Below, piece after piece: positions 36,021 through 48,476 of a DNA stretch of 64,000 nucleotides. Every line of letters begins with the position of its first letter. Within the stretch, counting starts at the first letter, position 1. The translations under genes were made by a program, and so were the position numbers. The notes under the pieces are model-generated. The model had not been told where the DNA came from. It searched no databases and worked only from the letters and a program-made list of their open reading frames with translations. Origin of the DNA: Psammoneis japonica (lineage: Eukaryota); NCBI GenBank assembly GCA_008632985.1, contig QPGO01000137.1, positions 124,001 through 188,000 of the forward strand. Reading direction: 5' to 3'.

Positions 36021-36995
36021 GCTGATCAGGTCTGGCCCAGCGTGGCTTTGTCAGAGACAAAAACAAACCTCCAAAAAAAATGTGTGGACAAATCCAATGT
36101 TGTCTGCCTCTCTTCTGACAATGCTCACAGAGCAAAACAAGAAATTGCTTTGTCCATCATGCTCTGTTTTCTGTTTGACAGTTTTGAAGGGGAGAGGACA
36201 CTGTGGACAACACCTCCGCACCCCAGCTGTGCCCACACAGTCAAAATTGTTGTCTCATTTTTGCTTTGACAGCAGGAGCAAAAAGATTGCTTTGGTGGTC
36301 ATTTTTCCCAGTTGCTGATTCTCAAAAATTTGAAATCAACAACCAAAGACAACACAGTGTGCAGAGATGGCTGCGCGCAATGCAATGAACCTGTGGCGCG
36401 ATGGCAGGAGATGGGGGCCTGTTCCAGCCCCAGGTGATCCGCAACCCATCAAGCAAGATTTTCCATGCAGGTCTCAGCACCAGACAATTTTCCCAGCAGA
36501 GCTTGCATTTTTGGGCTTTTGGTGAACATCAAACATCAAACCCTTTGAACGATGTGACACACATTTGTGACAAGAGCACATGTCTCCAACAACTGGGGCG
36601 TGCATTTCGTCACAGGAACAACAGTGTCAGCTGGCATCCAACATTGTTCTTGTGATGTGTTGATCAATGCTTGCTTCTGCACGCATGTGTGGTTCACACA
36701 AAAAAACACCCCATGCACAACATCAGAGCCACAACACAGCACACCACTGTTGCTGCTCTCCAGCCCCCTCTTTGCCCTTGAGGTTGCAAGGAACCATCTG
36801 TTCCTTTCATTTGAAAGTCATGCCATTGTCACCACAGCACAATTGCAGCTCCGTGCAGTTGCTTTTGTTGTGGACAATGTCATCTTTTCACATTTTCTTG
36901 TGTTTGCAATTTGGCGCTGGTGACAGGGAACAGACGGGTGACAAGAAATGGGCAGCCATGCTGCTGAACTGTGGCACTTGTCCTTTTCTGACTGG

Positions 36996-37446
36996 TGCAA
37001 CACACAGCTGCCAATGAGAGTTGATGCATCACGGTGACGTGTTGCAGCCTTTACATGTCACAAAGGGCGTGACAAAAACAACCTTTTGTCTGCATGCATG
37101 CTGCATTGTGAATTCACAGCGGAGTGGTTCATCGCAACCATTGGGCAGGAGGCCAGGGGTTCGAAACCCTGAGTGGGAGTTGTCTGCAGCAACGTTGATC
37201 ACTGTCGAACGTGCAAAACTCTGTGCAGTTCTGTGTGTTCCTTCACACGTGCCCACACTGTTCCGCCAAAACCGTGCAGTGTCAGCACACGTTCGTCAGT
37301 GAAGAGCCGCATGGACGCGTGATGCATGGGGAGGAGTGCAACATGCAGCCACCAATGAGAGTCAGTGCATCACGGCAATGTGTCACAGCCTTTAAATGTC
37401 ACAAAGGGCGTGACAAAAACAACCTTTTGTCTGCATGCATGCTGCA
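36996..37446 (+). mobile_element. TRIM (miniature LTR element) copy A; 110-bp LTRs 36996-37105 and 37337-37446
   Basis: TG...CA direct repeats, PPT ggggaggag before the 3' LTR, 4-bp TSD CTGG. Confidence 0.88.
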
Positions 37447-38774
37447 CTGGACTTGTTCAAGCCATTTTGTTTGGCTTGAACAAGAAGTTGGAGGCATGTC
37501 TTCATTGTCAGAAGTTGCTGTTGCCTCATTGCATGGGAGTGTTGGGTTTTGAGAATGTTGTGGATGCCACACCTCAATGTCCAGACTTGACAGAGGTCTG
37601 CAAGCACTGAGAGTGGGACAATCTCATGAAAAACAATGGAGACAACACTGTTGCACTGTGTGCAAAGGAGCTGGTTGCTCCAACAAGTGCTGCAGCTGTT
37701 CTGGCATTGCCTCATTCCAGCCAAGAGCATGTCAGCCATGCCACTGAGATGAGCAACGATCATGACTCTTGGGAGGAACTGCTTGCTGAAAGCAAAAGCT
37801 GCATTGCCAAGAGTCATCATGTCAGCGCTGCCAAGTGACAGCCAGGTCAACATTGATGGCTCAGAAAAGTGTGATCCTCCAATGTCAGAACCAGAGATCC
37901 AAAAAAGACTGCACGACCATGTTTTGGCAAGATCATGTTTGACAGTTGCTGGACAACTGAGTCCAGGTTGAGAGTGAAGAACAAACTTAAAATGTTGGCA
38001 TTGAAGGAATTACACGTCAAGCTGCATTGCAACACAAAGTGCGCCATTTCATCTGCTGAATGGCTTTGGCATGAAACACACACAACCGCCAGTCTGATGG
38101 ATCAGAAGTTGTTGCTCAAGAGGAAGCAGGTGGACAAAACACAGTGTTGCACACCAGGTGTCAAATGTCACAAGCAGAAGAAGTCCAACGGTGGGTGCAA
38201 CAACAGCAATTGTGTTTTCCATGACAAGCATTGTGAGAGGCACCAGGATCTTGTCTGGCATTCCCCAGCATCTCCAGGAGTGCACCATCCTCTGGCCCTT
38301 GGAACATGGTTTAGATGTGCTCCCTTGCAACCCCATTTGCCAGCCTTGACAGTTGTCATGGGTGGGCCAAACTTGCTCCACACCATGTCTTCCTGTGCTT
38401 TGCAGGACAGCTCATCCCATTGCAGCAGATGGAAACCCTCATCAAATTCACAAGACAGTGCAGCACAGCCCTTTGTGACAACTTCATCTGCCATTTCCTC
38501 AGTCAAAATGTCCAACTCACAGATTTGTGAACCAGCTGCACCTCGTCAACATCACTCTCAGTTGTTTGAGCTGCCTGACAAACTGTCCAATCATTCAGTC
38601 CCTCAAAGATGGGCCACAGTTTGCAAGCTCAGTTGCCAGCTGCATGCCAAGGCTGCTCGGCAGGGCTGACATTGTTCTTTGCCCAAGGTCATCTTGAGCT
38701 GATCCAGGAGGCAGTCTTCACAAGCACAAGGAGTGCATTGAATGGCAACCCAACCAACAGCAGGAAAAAGAGGC

Positions 38775-39400
38775 TCAAATTGAAAATGGCGCGTGGCACC
38801 AATGCCACAATGCACAGTGCCACTGATGCAGTTGCGCCAATCCCAACAACTTGACTCTGGCTGCTGAAGAGCCAAGACCGTCATTTGGATCTTGCAGATG
38901 ACACACCCTTTCTTTCAACTTTAAAAGGGATTCCCTCACAGCATGTTTCCTGTTGTCATCTGCACCTTTGGCATTCTCTTCCCTGAGAAGAATTCCAGAA
39001 CATTCTTTTGAGTGCCTGTTCTCAACTGCAACATTGTTGTCATTCACAACCAAAGCACCAGCTCCAATTTTTTGCAGACTGCATTTCTCAATGCAGCACA
39101 AGTGATTTGACACAGGCTCCAACTCCATCAACCTCTCCTTTGCCATGTCCGGGTGCTCCAACCACCATCAAATCAAAAAAATTGCAACGTGCACAAAATT
39201 TGTGACAAATTCCAAGTCCCCGCACAATTGCCGTGCAGCAAGTCAAGAAACAACCCTTGTCACCCTCAAAGATCATCTTTGCAATGCAGGCAACATCCTT
39301 TGAAAAAAGATGTGATGCACAAGAAAGGAGAAATCATCATTTTCAAAGGAAACTGCCTTCTTGTGACTGCAACTCATGCCAATGCATCACAAAATTTCAA
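38775..39400 (-). mobile_element. Decayed DDE/DDD transposase remnant (HGKG..DG.G motif, Sola2-like)
   Basis: ORF 39088..39276 contains APGHGKGEVDGVGA. The superfamily assignment is from motif recall only. Confidence 0.45.
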
Positions 39401-40007
39401 CAAAAATGACCTTTTTGGACAACTGCACTGCCTTTCCTCACAAACAAAACATCACATGGCTCTTTGCAATGACAATGACCCGGTTGGTGTGTTGTTTCAT
39501 GTTGCTTGCAGACCTGCAGTTGTCAAGCAACAAAACAGCAGCATTTGCTCATTTGAAGCAAAAAATGAAGTGCTCTGAGACCTCCCATGTGCTCTCATTG
39601 TGAAAGAATGTGAGCTGTTTGTCTTCACAAATCAATTTGTGACTCACAAATTTTGCATCTCAGCGGCCAATGGCACACGGTCAAAGACAACTTTCTTGCA
39701 TTTGTGGGCAAACACAGACAACAAGTGCAGCGCCAAAGTGCATCAATGCTGTTTGGCGCAACCATCTGTGTGATCCCAAATCACAAGCCACACCTGACAC
39801 AGTCCATGGTTCTCCAAGGGGGGGCGGCTGTTGCTCAATTTGGGAGGGGGCAGGTTGTTGTCTTGGAAAGGACAACCCTTCACGATGACACTTTTTGTTT
39901 TTGCTGTTGTCAGTTTGTGACTTGTGTTGATGGCCAACTCCAGTTTGCCTCCTCTTCTTTGTCATGATGCACTGCAATTTGAGCAAAAAATGTGCACTGA
40001 GAGGGCT

Positions 40008-40454
40008 TGCAATGCACAGCCACTGATGAGAGTTAATGCATCACGGCGACGTGTTGCAGCCTTTAAATGTCACAAAGGGCATGACAAAAATGACCTTTTG
40101 TCTGCATGCATGCTGCGTTGTGAATTCACAGCGGAGTGGTTCATCGCAACCATCAGGCAGGAGGCCAGGGGTTCGAAACCCTGAGTGGGAGTTGTCTGCA
40201 GCAACGTTGATCACTGTCGAACACGCAAAACTCTGTGCAGTTCTGTGTGTTCCTTCATGCGTGCCCACACTGTTCCGCCAAAACCGTGCAGTGTCAGTGC
40301 ACGTTGGCAAAGAGCCGCATGGACGCGTGACACATGGGGAGGAGTGCAACACACAGCCACCAACAAGAGTCAATGCATCACGGCGACGTGTTGCAGCCTT
40401 TAAATGTCACAAAGGGCATGACAAAAACAACCTTTTGTCTGTGTGCATGCTGCA
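40008..40454 (+). mobile_element. TRIM copy B
   Basis: Same LTR-internal-PPT-LTR structure as copy A; 4-bp TSD GGCT (40004-07 / 40455-58). Confidence 0.88.
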
Positions 40455-41795
40455 GGCTGGTGGATGAGATGGATGAGAGGTTGAGAAGGACATCATTTTG
40501 TTGTGCATTCAACCAATTTAACTGTCTGGTGTCTGCAGAAACAGGGCATGTTCAGACACAGTTGAGTTGAAGCAGACCAAAAACATGAGCTCAAAAAATG
40601 AAAACGTGAGCGGGCAGAGAGCATTTTTCACGTGGGTTGCTGTGCTGGCCAGAAGTTGCATTTGGCACAATAAACTCACTCAAGCAACCTTGATTGTTTG
40701 AAAAAATTGAAAGGTGAGTGTGCATGAAAAATGCAAGTTTTATTTGCACTCACCCTTTGAATTGGAAAAAAATTGAAATTGAAAGAGCTCATCTGGCCCA
40801 AATGCAAAAATGGGCCAGAAAGCTGGAGCAGGCCTTTTTTGACTTGCGTGCTGCAGCAACATTGGATGACGGTCAGGCCACACCTTTGTGTGGAGCAGAG
40901 CAACATGATGACCAGCTTTCATTGGAGAGGCGCATCCAAGTGTGGTGGCACACAAGAACCCAGGGGCTCTGCAGTGCCTGCGCGAGTGTGAGCTGAGCTC
41001 TCCGGGGGTCTGCGGGAGCAACGGCGGCAAGCAAGTTCGAGCCCAATTTTCTGCTCTGTTTTTTTTTAAAATGAGCAAGTGAAAGATGATCATTTCAAGT
41101 TTCAACTTGTGCACTGGAGGTGAGCAGAATTTTGTCTTGGACCAAAGATTGGCTTTGAGCTCAGAGCCAGTGGTGCGGCACTGGCAAAACGCCAGCTGAA
41201 CTCTCTCTGCAGCTTCAAAAACACAAAGTGTTGCACAAGCTGACACCGCATCATTGCCTGGTCCAAGAATCACAATGGTGCACCCTACCCAGAGAGAGCT
41301 GGGCTCCGCCCAAGCTGCTTGAAACTGCTGTGCCTCTGCGCGCAGCTGCCACTGTCAAGGGAGGGCCCCACACACACGCACACCGCATCCGCCATGGTTC
41401 CGAGTCTTGCCGCGCATGCGCCAGTCGTGAAACCGGCGGTTGAAGTTGGGCACGCGCACTTTTTCTTCAACCAAACTTGCCTCCGAGATGTGTGTAGAAT
41501 TCTACGTATGAGTAGGGCGAATGCGTTTGATCCGCGGATAAGATACGCGTGAAAGCGGCGATAATGTTCTGGGATCTTGTGTGTCTCGGTCCCATAAAAC
41601 CGACAACCTGCCTTTTGATTGCATCCATCTGTGTTGTTCTTTTCTGTAAAGAAAGAGGTATGTATGATTATGTGTATGATTGTACAGCTGAAAATCAATT
41701 CCAAAAGAGATTTGATGCGAAAGCAAATCACCGCGCTCATCATGTTTTTTCTGAATTGTTGCTTTTCTTGGGCAGGTTCACTTGTGTTTGACATC

Positions 41796-44700
41796 ATGAG
41801 TTCTGAGGCTGAACGCCGTCAATCGCACGGCATTACAGCGATTCCTCCTCCATCTCGTGGCAGGGAGCAAGCGATTAGTGATTCAGCTCCTCCGCCGCCC
41901 TTGCAAGATCCCGTGGCTGCAGCTTCTGGCGGCTCTGCCGCACAAAATGTCAGTTCCACCAATCTCTTTGCCAAGTCAACCGCACCCACAACGGCGTCGA
42001 AACCCAATTCGTGGGACAGTACCTTTGCATGGTCGCAAATGGAAGAGGGTGCACGCAAGTACGAAGCGTACAAGTATCAAGAACCGGGCTTTTGTGAAAA
42101 GCACAAGCGACTCATCATTATTGGCGGCATCATTGCTATTGGTCTTGCAATTGGGTTGGGTGTCGGTTTGACCAACAATAATGACGACAATGACAGCGCT
42201 TCCTCTCTTTTTGCGTTTGGACTTACGAGTAGCAAGCTATTTGTCATGACAAATGCTCAAGATGGCAATGAGGTGGTCATGTATGAGCAGAATGGAAGCA
42301 ATGGAATGCTTTCTCAAGTGGGTTGCTTCCCAACTGGTACGTACGGAAATGTTATGGAATTTTCTTTATGGATCAGGTGAACACTATAAGTTCTATGCTC
42401 ACCACTTTTTCCCTTTCTGTTGTGTTTGCTTCATTTCAGGTGGCATTGGAGGCGCCTTGGGAGGTGCTCAAGCCGGCGAGGTAGCTCCACCCGATGATCC
42501 CTTGGCGTCCGAAGACTCCTTGATTGTCGCTGGCGACAATTGTCTCTTGGCCGTCAATGCAGGTTCCAACACTGTGACGAGTTTTACGGTGGAAAATCAC
42601 GGACTCGCCAACATGGGATCGCACGATACCCAAGGAACCTATCCCGTGAGTGTAGCCGAGTACAATGGCATGGTGTACGTAATGAATGCCGGAGGAGACG
42701 GCAGTTTGGTAGGATTTAATCTACAAGAGGATTGTAGTTTGGAACCCACTGGAGCGGACCCCATTTCCTTGGAACAGGCTGGACCGTTGGATCCACCCTT
42801 TTTTGTAGCGTCACCGGCTCAAGTTAGTTTTACACCGGATGGATCCTTTCTGGTTGTTTCCATCAAGGGCATTAGCGGAGCCGTCGGTCCTGGAACCATT
42901 CGTCTGTATCCGGTGCAGCCCGGCGAGGGACTCGGTACGCCTGAGATTACCACCACGAATGGATTTACTCCCTTTACCTTTGCCTTTGACAACGATGGAA
43001 ACCTAGTCATTGTGGAAGCCTTTGGTACGGCCACCGAGATTCCTACGCTCAATGCAGGCGCGGTTTCCTTGTACACCATTGAAGAATCTGGCTCTCTTAC
43101 AGTGAGCGAAACAAGCGAATCGGTTCCAACCGGTCAAACCACCACTTGTTGGATGTACCATTATGACGGGTGCCTTCTCACGACGAACAATGGAGGGAAC
43201 TCCATTAGCTCATTGAGTGTGTCGAATGGTGAATTAACGCTTCTCAATGAAGGTTCCGAGCCACAGTTGAATGCCCCGATTGATGGCGCATTTTCCGGAG
43301 ACGGAGCCTACTTTTATGTGCTGAGTACGGGCCATACTCTTCCAGATACAGACCCGAACCAGGGTCATCCTGGAATCTATGTGTACTCGGTGGAGGATTG
43401 TGGCCTGACGCAGATTCAAACCATTGCCGACGGCCTTCCTACTGAGTTTGAAACCGTTTTTGGTGCCGTGGGCATGGCCTTCTTGGCTGTTCAAGGCGGC
43501 AGTGATGCGAGCTCGGTTGGTGGTGGTGGTGGTCCCACGTCTCCTCCTCCTCCTCCTCCTCCAGGACCAGCACCTGGACCCGGAACAAGCAACAATCTCT
43601 TTGTCATGACCAACGCTGAATCTGGAAATGAAGTTGTGTACTACGTTAGTGATGCAGATAGTGGGATGCTGTCACGCATCGGAAGCTTTGCGACGGGTAC
43701 GTGTCGTTGTCCTTGGTCTCGTTGCTTTTTCCTACACTACTCATTCGTGTGGTGTCTAACAAATTGGTTTCTTCTCTTCTTTTAAAGGCGGAATCGGTGC
43801 TGCTTTGGGAGCAGAAGCACCTCCCGATCTTGCTCCCCCAGACGATCCTCTAGCTTCTCAAGGATCTGTAATTGTGGCTGGCGAGGATTGTCTCCTTGCC
43901 GTGAATGCTGGTTCCGATACGGTCACTAGTTTCACTGTACAGAGTCACGGGTTGCAAAGCCATGGCTCTGTTCCAAGTGGTGGAGACCTCCCAGTCAGTC
44001 TTGCAGAGAACAACGGGGTTGTTTATGTCATGAATGCCGGCGGAACGGGCAGCATCAGTGGCTTCAACCTGGATGCAAGCTGTGTCTTGACCCCCATTCC
44101 CGGATCTACAGTCTCCTTGGGTCAAACAGGAACCAACGATCCTCCCTTCTTTGTGGCATCACCCGCTCAAATTTCCTTTACACCTGATGGTCAGTTCCTT
44201 GTGGTTTCAATCAAGGGAATCAACGGAACTCCGGGACCTGGAACGATCAGTCTGTATCCAGTAAGTGGCCCTTCGGGATTGCTCGGAACTCCGCAAGTCA
44301 CAACTACAAATGGCAACACTCCGTTCAGTTTTGAATTTGATAATGATGGACATTTGATCATTGTGGAAGCTTTTGGTACTGCTTCAACAATTCCCACCTT
44401 GGAAGCTGGCGCAGTCTCATTGTACACGGTTGAATCGGACGGAGCTCTTACCGTGAGCCCAACGAGCGAATCAATTCCTACGGGCCAAACTACGACGTGC
44501 TGGATTTATCACTATGAGGGTTGCCTTGTCACGACAAACAATGGTGGCAACTCAATTAGCGCCCTCAGCGTCTCGGAGGGAGAGTTGTCATTGCTCAATG
44601 GTGGTACAGAGCCGCAGTTAAATGCTCCGATTGATGGATCGTTCTCTAGCGATGGTCGTTACTTTTATGCCATCAGTACGGGCCACACCATTGCCGCTGG

Positions 44701-46103
44701 AGCACCGGGACAAGGACAACCTGTCATTTACGCTTACTCTGTCTCGGACTGTAGCCTTGACTCGATTCAGACCATAAGTGATGGACTTCCGAGTGAATTT
44801 ACTACTATCTTTGGAGTTGTTGGCATGGCTGTAATGGAAAGGATTGCCGGGCCGTTTGTCCCGTCCCAGTCGAACTCTCTTTTTACCATGACTAACGCGC
44901 AATTGGGAAATGAGGTCGTCATGTATAATCGGGACGTGACTACTGGTCTCCTTTCCTTTATTGGTAGCTTTCCTACAGGTACGCGTTATCAATTCGATTC
45001 GTAATGTTGCTTGTCTAGGTTCAACTAACAAAATGGTTTTCTTCGATTTCTGATTAGGCGGAATCGGTGCTGCTTTGGGAGGAGAAGCGGCTCCCGATTT
45101 GGCGCCACCTGACGACCCACTGGCGTCCCAGGACTCCTTAATTGTCACTGGAAATTGCTTGATTGCAGTCAATGCTGGTTCCGATACCGTGACTAGCTTC
45201 TCGATTGAAGACTTTGGTCTGCAAAGTCATGGTATGCAGTCCTCTGGCGGTAGCTTGCCAGTCAGTATTGCTGAAAGCAATGGCGTCGTTTACGTCATGA
45301 ATGCTGGTGGAGCTGGTAGCATTAGTGGCTTTAATCTGGATTCGAATTGTGTGTTGAGCCCCATTGCGGGATCGACAACGACGTTGGGACAGACAGGCAC
45401 GGCGAATCCTCCCTTCTTTGTAGCATCTCCCGCCCAGGTTGGTTTTACACCCGACGGTGATTTCCTTGTTGTTTCCATCAAGGGAATCAACGGAACGCCC
45501 GGACCCGGAACGATTAGTCTTTACCCCGTTGGAGCTGATGGCGCCTTGGGTACGCCGCAAATTACAACGACGAATGGAAGCACGCCATTTACATTTGAAT
45601 TTGACAACGACGGGAATCTCATTATTGTAGAAGCCTTTGGCACGGCTCCTGACATCCCCACCCTAAATGCCGGGGCCGTCTCGCTGTATGCGGTTGAGAC
45701 AAGTGGTGCTCTTACCGTGAGTACCACCAGCGAGTCTGTCCCAACCAACCAGACCACGACTTGCTGGCTGTATCATTACGAAGGATGCCTCCTCACGACG
45801 AATAACGGAGGCAACTCCATTAGTGCATTGAGTGTCTCGGGCGGTGAACTGGCCCTGTTAAATGGTGGTTCCGAGCCGCAGCTGAATGCACCAATTGACG
45901 GGGCATTTTCGAATGACGGTGCCTTCTTTTACGTTTTGAGCACGGGTCATACACTTCCTGATGACGACACGAATCAAGGCCAGCCGGGCATATATGTGTA
46001 CTCTGTTACGGACTGCAGCCCCACAGAGATCCAGACAATTTCAGATGGTATCCCGAGCGAACTTGTTACCGTCTTTGGTGCGGTAGGTCTTGCTGTTTTC
46101 TAA
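41796..46103 (+). CDS. Type II membrane protein (~1344 aa) with three tandem lactonase-like (6-phosphogluconolactonase / 3-carboxymuconate cyclase-type) 7-bladed beta-propellers; introns 42337-42439, 43697-43787, 44979-45057
   Basis: Three similar ~380-aa units (LFVMTNA..GNEVV, DPLASQ.S, LAVNAGS.TVTSF, PAQV.FTPDG, GQTTTCW). A TM (LIIIGGIIAIGLAIGLGVGL) lies near the N-terminus. The spliced length of 4035 nt is in frame. Confidence 0.85.
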
Positions 46104-46204
46104 ATTGTTTGAGTCGTCAGAGTCGCTGTTTGAGGGATAACTACTCTATATTATTTGCAAGAATTTATGGTACCGTAGGAAATTATATGTGGAAACAATG
46201 CAAG

Positions 46205-46570
46205 TGTGACTCTAGCTCTACCTACTCTACTCTAGAGTGCAAGTATCATTTGTCTTTCTGTGGAGAGAGAGAGAGAGAGAGATAGCCTCTATTCTCTCTC
46301 TAGTAGCTAAGCTTACTACTACTACTACTCTAGGAGTAGCTCTCTCTCTAGAGTAGAGAGAGTATAAATAGTTCTGTACTGTAGAGAGACTCTACTCTCT
46401 ACTCTAGAGAGTAGTGAGTAGACGAGGGCCCCCTTTAGCTAAGCTACTAGTAGCTCTAGAGCTACCGGTAGCTACTACTCTACTAGCTAGAGTAGAGAGT
46501 AGAGTAGACTTTCTATTTCGAACGAGCTCTCTCTCTCTCGATCGAACGAGCTCACTCTACTCTCTACTGC
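46205..46570. repeat. CTA/TAG/GA-rich low-complexity intergenic tract
   Basis: ctactctactctagag, (ga)n, (cta)n and tagagtagagtag. Confidence 0.85.
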
Positions 46571-46802
46571 CATACCGGTGCTGTAGCTAGTCTACCGTGT
46601 GGTATGATGTTCTACAATAGACAGACCTCTGCCGTCAGCCAGGATACCGCGTATGCACGTCAAAAAGCATTCCGTTTGTTTGGCCGTTAGCGTGGCATGT
46701 TGTTGTCTTTCAAGTTCATTGGCACACAACATTGGCGCAGCATTTTATCTATCGGTGGCCCACAACAACAAAAACACACACATGAGACTACAGTAGGCTA
46801 GC

Positions 46803-48476
46803 ATGTCGTCCTCTTCAATAACGCACAAAACAAATCTGGAGGAGATTCGTGAGACGCAAATCGAGAAAAGTATCTACGAGGAAACGCCGCCAGGAACGAC
46901 TACTACTGCAAGATTATGTGTTGCTGAAGAAAAAGTATCGGTGGAGAATCATGCGACAGCGGCAAAGAACCATGAAGAATTTATATCGACGTCTCACAGC
47001 GACAATACGAAAGAAGATAATGATTCCATAATACAAAACAGGATTTCATATGCCATTTTTCGAGGTCCTTTGAATCGAGACGCGGTGATTTTTGCTTGTC
47101 GCATGTGTTTTGTGCTGACGGCAAGTTCGCTCTTTGTCTTGCTACCGCCAATTGACGGAGACAATTGGTATCCTTCAGGAGTTACAGTCTATGTAACCGC
47201 AACCATTGTTTCGTGGTTTCCCTCCTTGGGTTCGGCCAATGTAATTCACAAGACGATGCACCGCATTTTGGGAACACTTGTCGGTGCCGGGTTTGGTTTG
47301 TCGCTCGGGGTGTTGTGTGCTCGAACGACTGGTGATAACTATACGCAATTGGCATGGTCCATTGGAGTGTGTGTTGTCTGTATTACATTTCTATGGCCAT
47401 TCTTTTCGATTCAATGGAAAATCAACAACAATTATAGCTACGCTTGCATGCTGGGTCTCTTTACGTTTGGGATCGCTCTGCTTCCGTTTTATACTACAAA
47501 AGATCCAAAATGGAAAAACGGAGTCAATCGAGTAGCCGACGTGTTGGTGGGATGTGTCATTGGTGCAGCCGGAGCGCTCCTTGTCTTTCCCCGATCCACC
47601 AAGCTCATTTTGCAAGATAAGGTTATCCTTCAAATCCGCAAGGCGGGCGAGACGTCGTGTGCCGTACTGCATGCCGCAGCACAATTGCTGTCTCATGAAA
47701 CCAAGGCGGCGGCGGTTCCTCTTGCCGATGTGTTGGAAGAAACTGCACAGGATGACCATGAAGCATTGGTGGCGGCACGTCAATTGCATGATTCCTATAC
47801 AGCCGCCATTATGGATTACAAGGCAACTCGGGGCCTGTTTCCACTTTTGAAATGGGATCCATTCATGGCCTTTTCTGAGCGGACCCAGTTTCAGCACGAA
47901 TCGGCTGTCACCTTGGCTCGAGCGTTTCGGATTCAAACAACCGTCGTCTTGATGGATTCGGTATTGAGAAATGGAATGGAAGCCATGGAGTTTGACGATC
48001 ACACTTTGAACTTGTTTCATGAAACGGGAACACTTATTGAACAAATGCTCCATCCGGTTCCGACAAGCACCAGTAGTGATAAGACGCCGTCTCGCTTGTT
48101 TGTCCGGCAAGAGAGTGAGTGGGCCGCTGAGCAATTGTTGGATCACTTGCGACAATTTCGTCATTTGGCGATACAAGAATGTACGCATTTGACAGAAGAA
48201 GATTACAGCGGAGAGGATTTGTTTGCCGGCAGTGTCACCAAGACTCAGTTTCGGGGAGTGCTGGCCAACGCCATGCCAATTGCCGTCCATGCCACTTCCA
48301 AGGCGAGTTGTGTCCTATTTTTGCAATTGACAGAACACTTGATTATGCGTTCTCTGCGACTCTACCACGCCTGGCATGACAGTGGTGTGAAAAAGATTTT
48401 TGACGACAAGCAGCACCATCGCAACAAGGTGCAAAACCGGTTCTTTGCCTCATCTCAAGCATCAGGAACGGACTAA
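46803..48476 (+). CDS. Aluminium-activated malate transporter (ALMT)/FUSC-family membrane protein
   Basis: Six hydrophobic segments with KTMHRILGTLVG and RVADVLVGCVIG...LVFP, followed by a helical cytosolic domain. Confidence 0.8.
   Translation: MSSSSITHKTNLEEIRETQIEKSIYEETPPGTTTTARLCVAEEKVSVENHATAAKNHEEFISTSHSDNTKEDNDSIIQNRISYAIFRGPLNRDAVIFACRMCFVLTASSLFVLLPPIDGDNWYPSGVTVYVTATIVSWFPSLGSANVIHKTMHRILGTLVGAGFGLSLGVLCARTTGDNYTQLAWSIGVCVVCITFLWPFFSIQWKINNNYSYACMLGLFTFGIALLPFYTTKDPKWKNGVNRVADVLVGCVIGAAGALLVFPRSTKLILQDKVILQIRKAGETSCAVLHAAAQLLSHETKAAAVPLADVLEETAQDDHEALVAARQLHDSYTAAIMDYKATRGLFPLLKWDPFMAFSERTQFQHESAVTLARAFRIQTTVVLMDSVLRNGMEAMEFDDHTLNLFHETGTLIEQMLHPVPTSTSSDKTPSRLFVRQESEWAAEQLLDHLRQFRHLAIQECTHLTEEDYSGEDLFAGSVTKTQFRGVLANAMPIAVHATSKASCVLFLQLTEHLIMRSLRLYHAWHDSGVKKIFDDKQHHRNKVQNRFFASSQASGTD

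Noticed and set aside
37110..37182. Functional tRNA gene
   Set aside because: A/B boxes are present but I could not fold a full cloverleaf or anticodon arm, and it lies inside a repeated TRIM.
36996..40454. CRISPR array
   Set aside because: The context is eukaryotic, and the repeats are 110-bp LTR pairs with PPT and TSD rather than repeat-spacer arrays.
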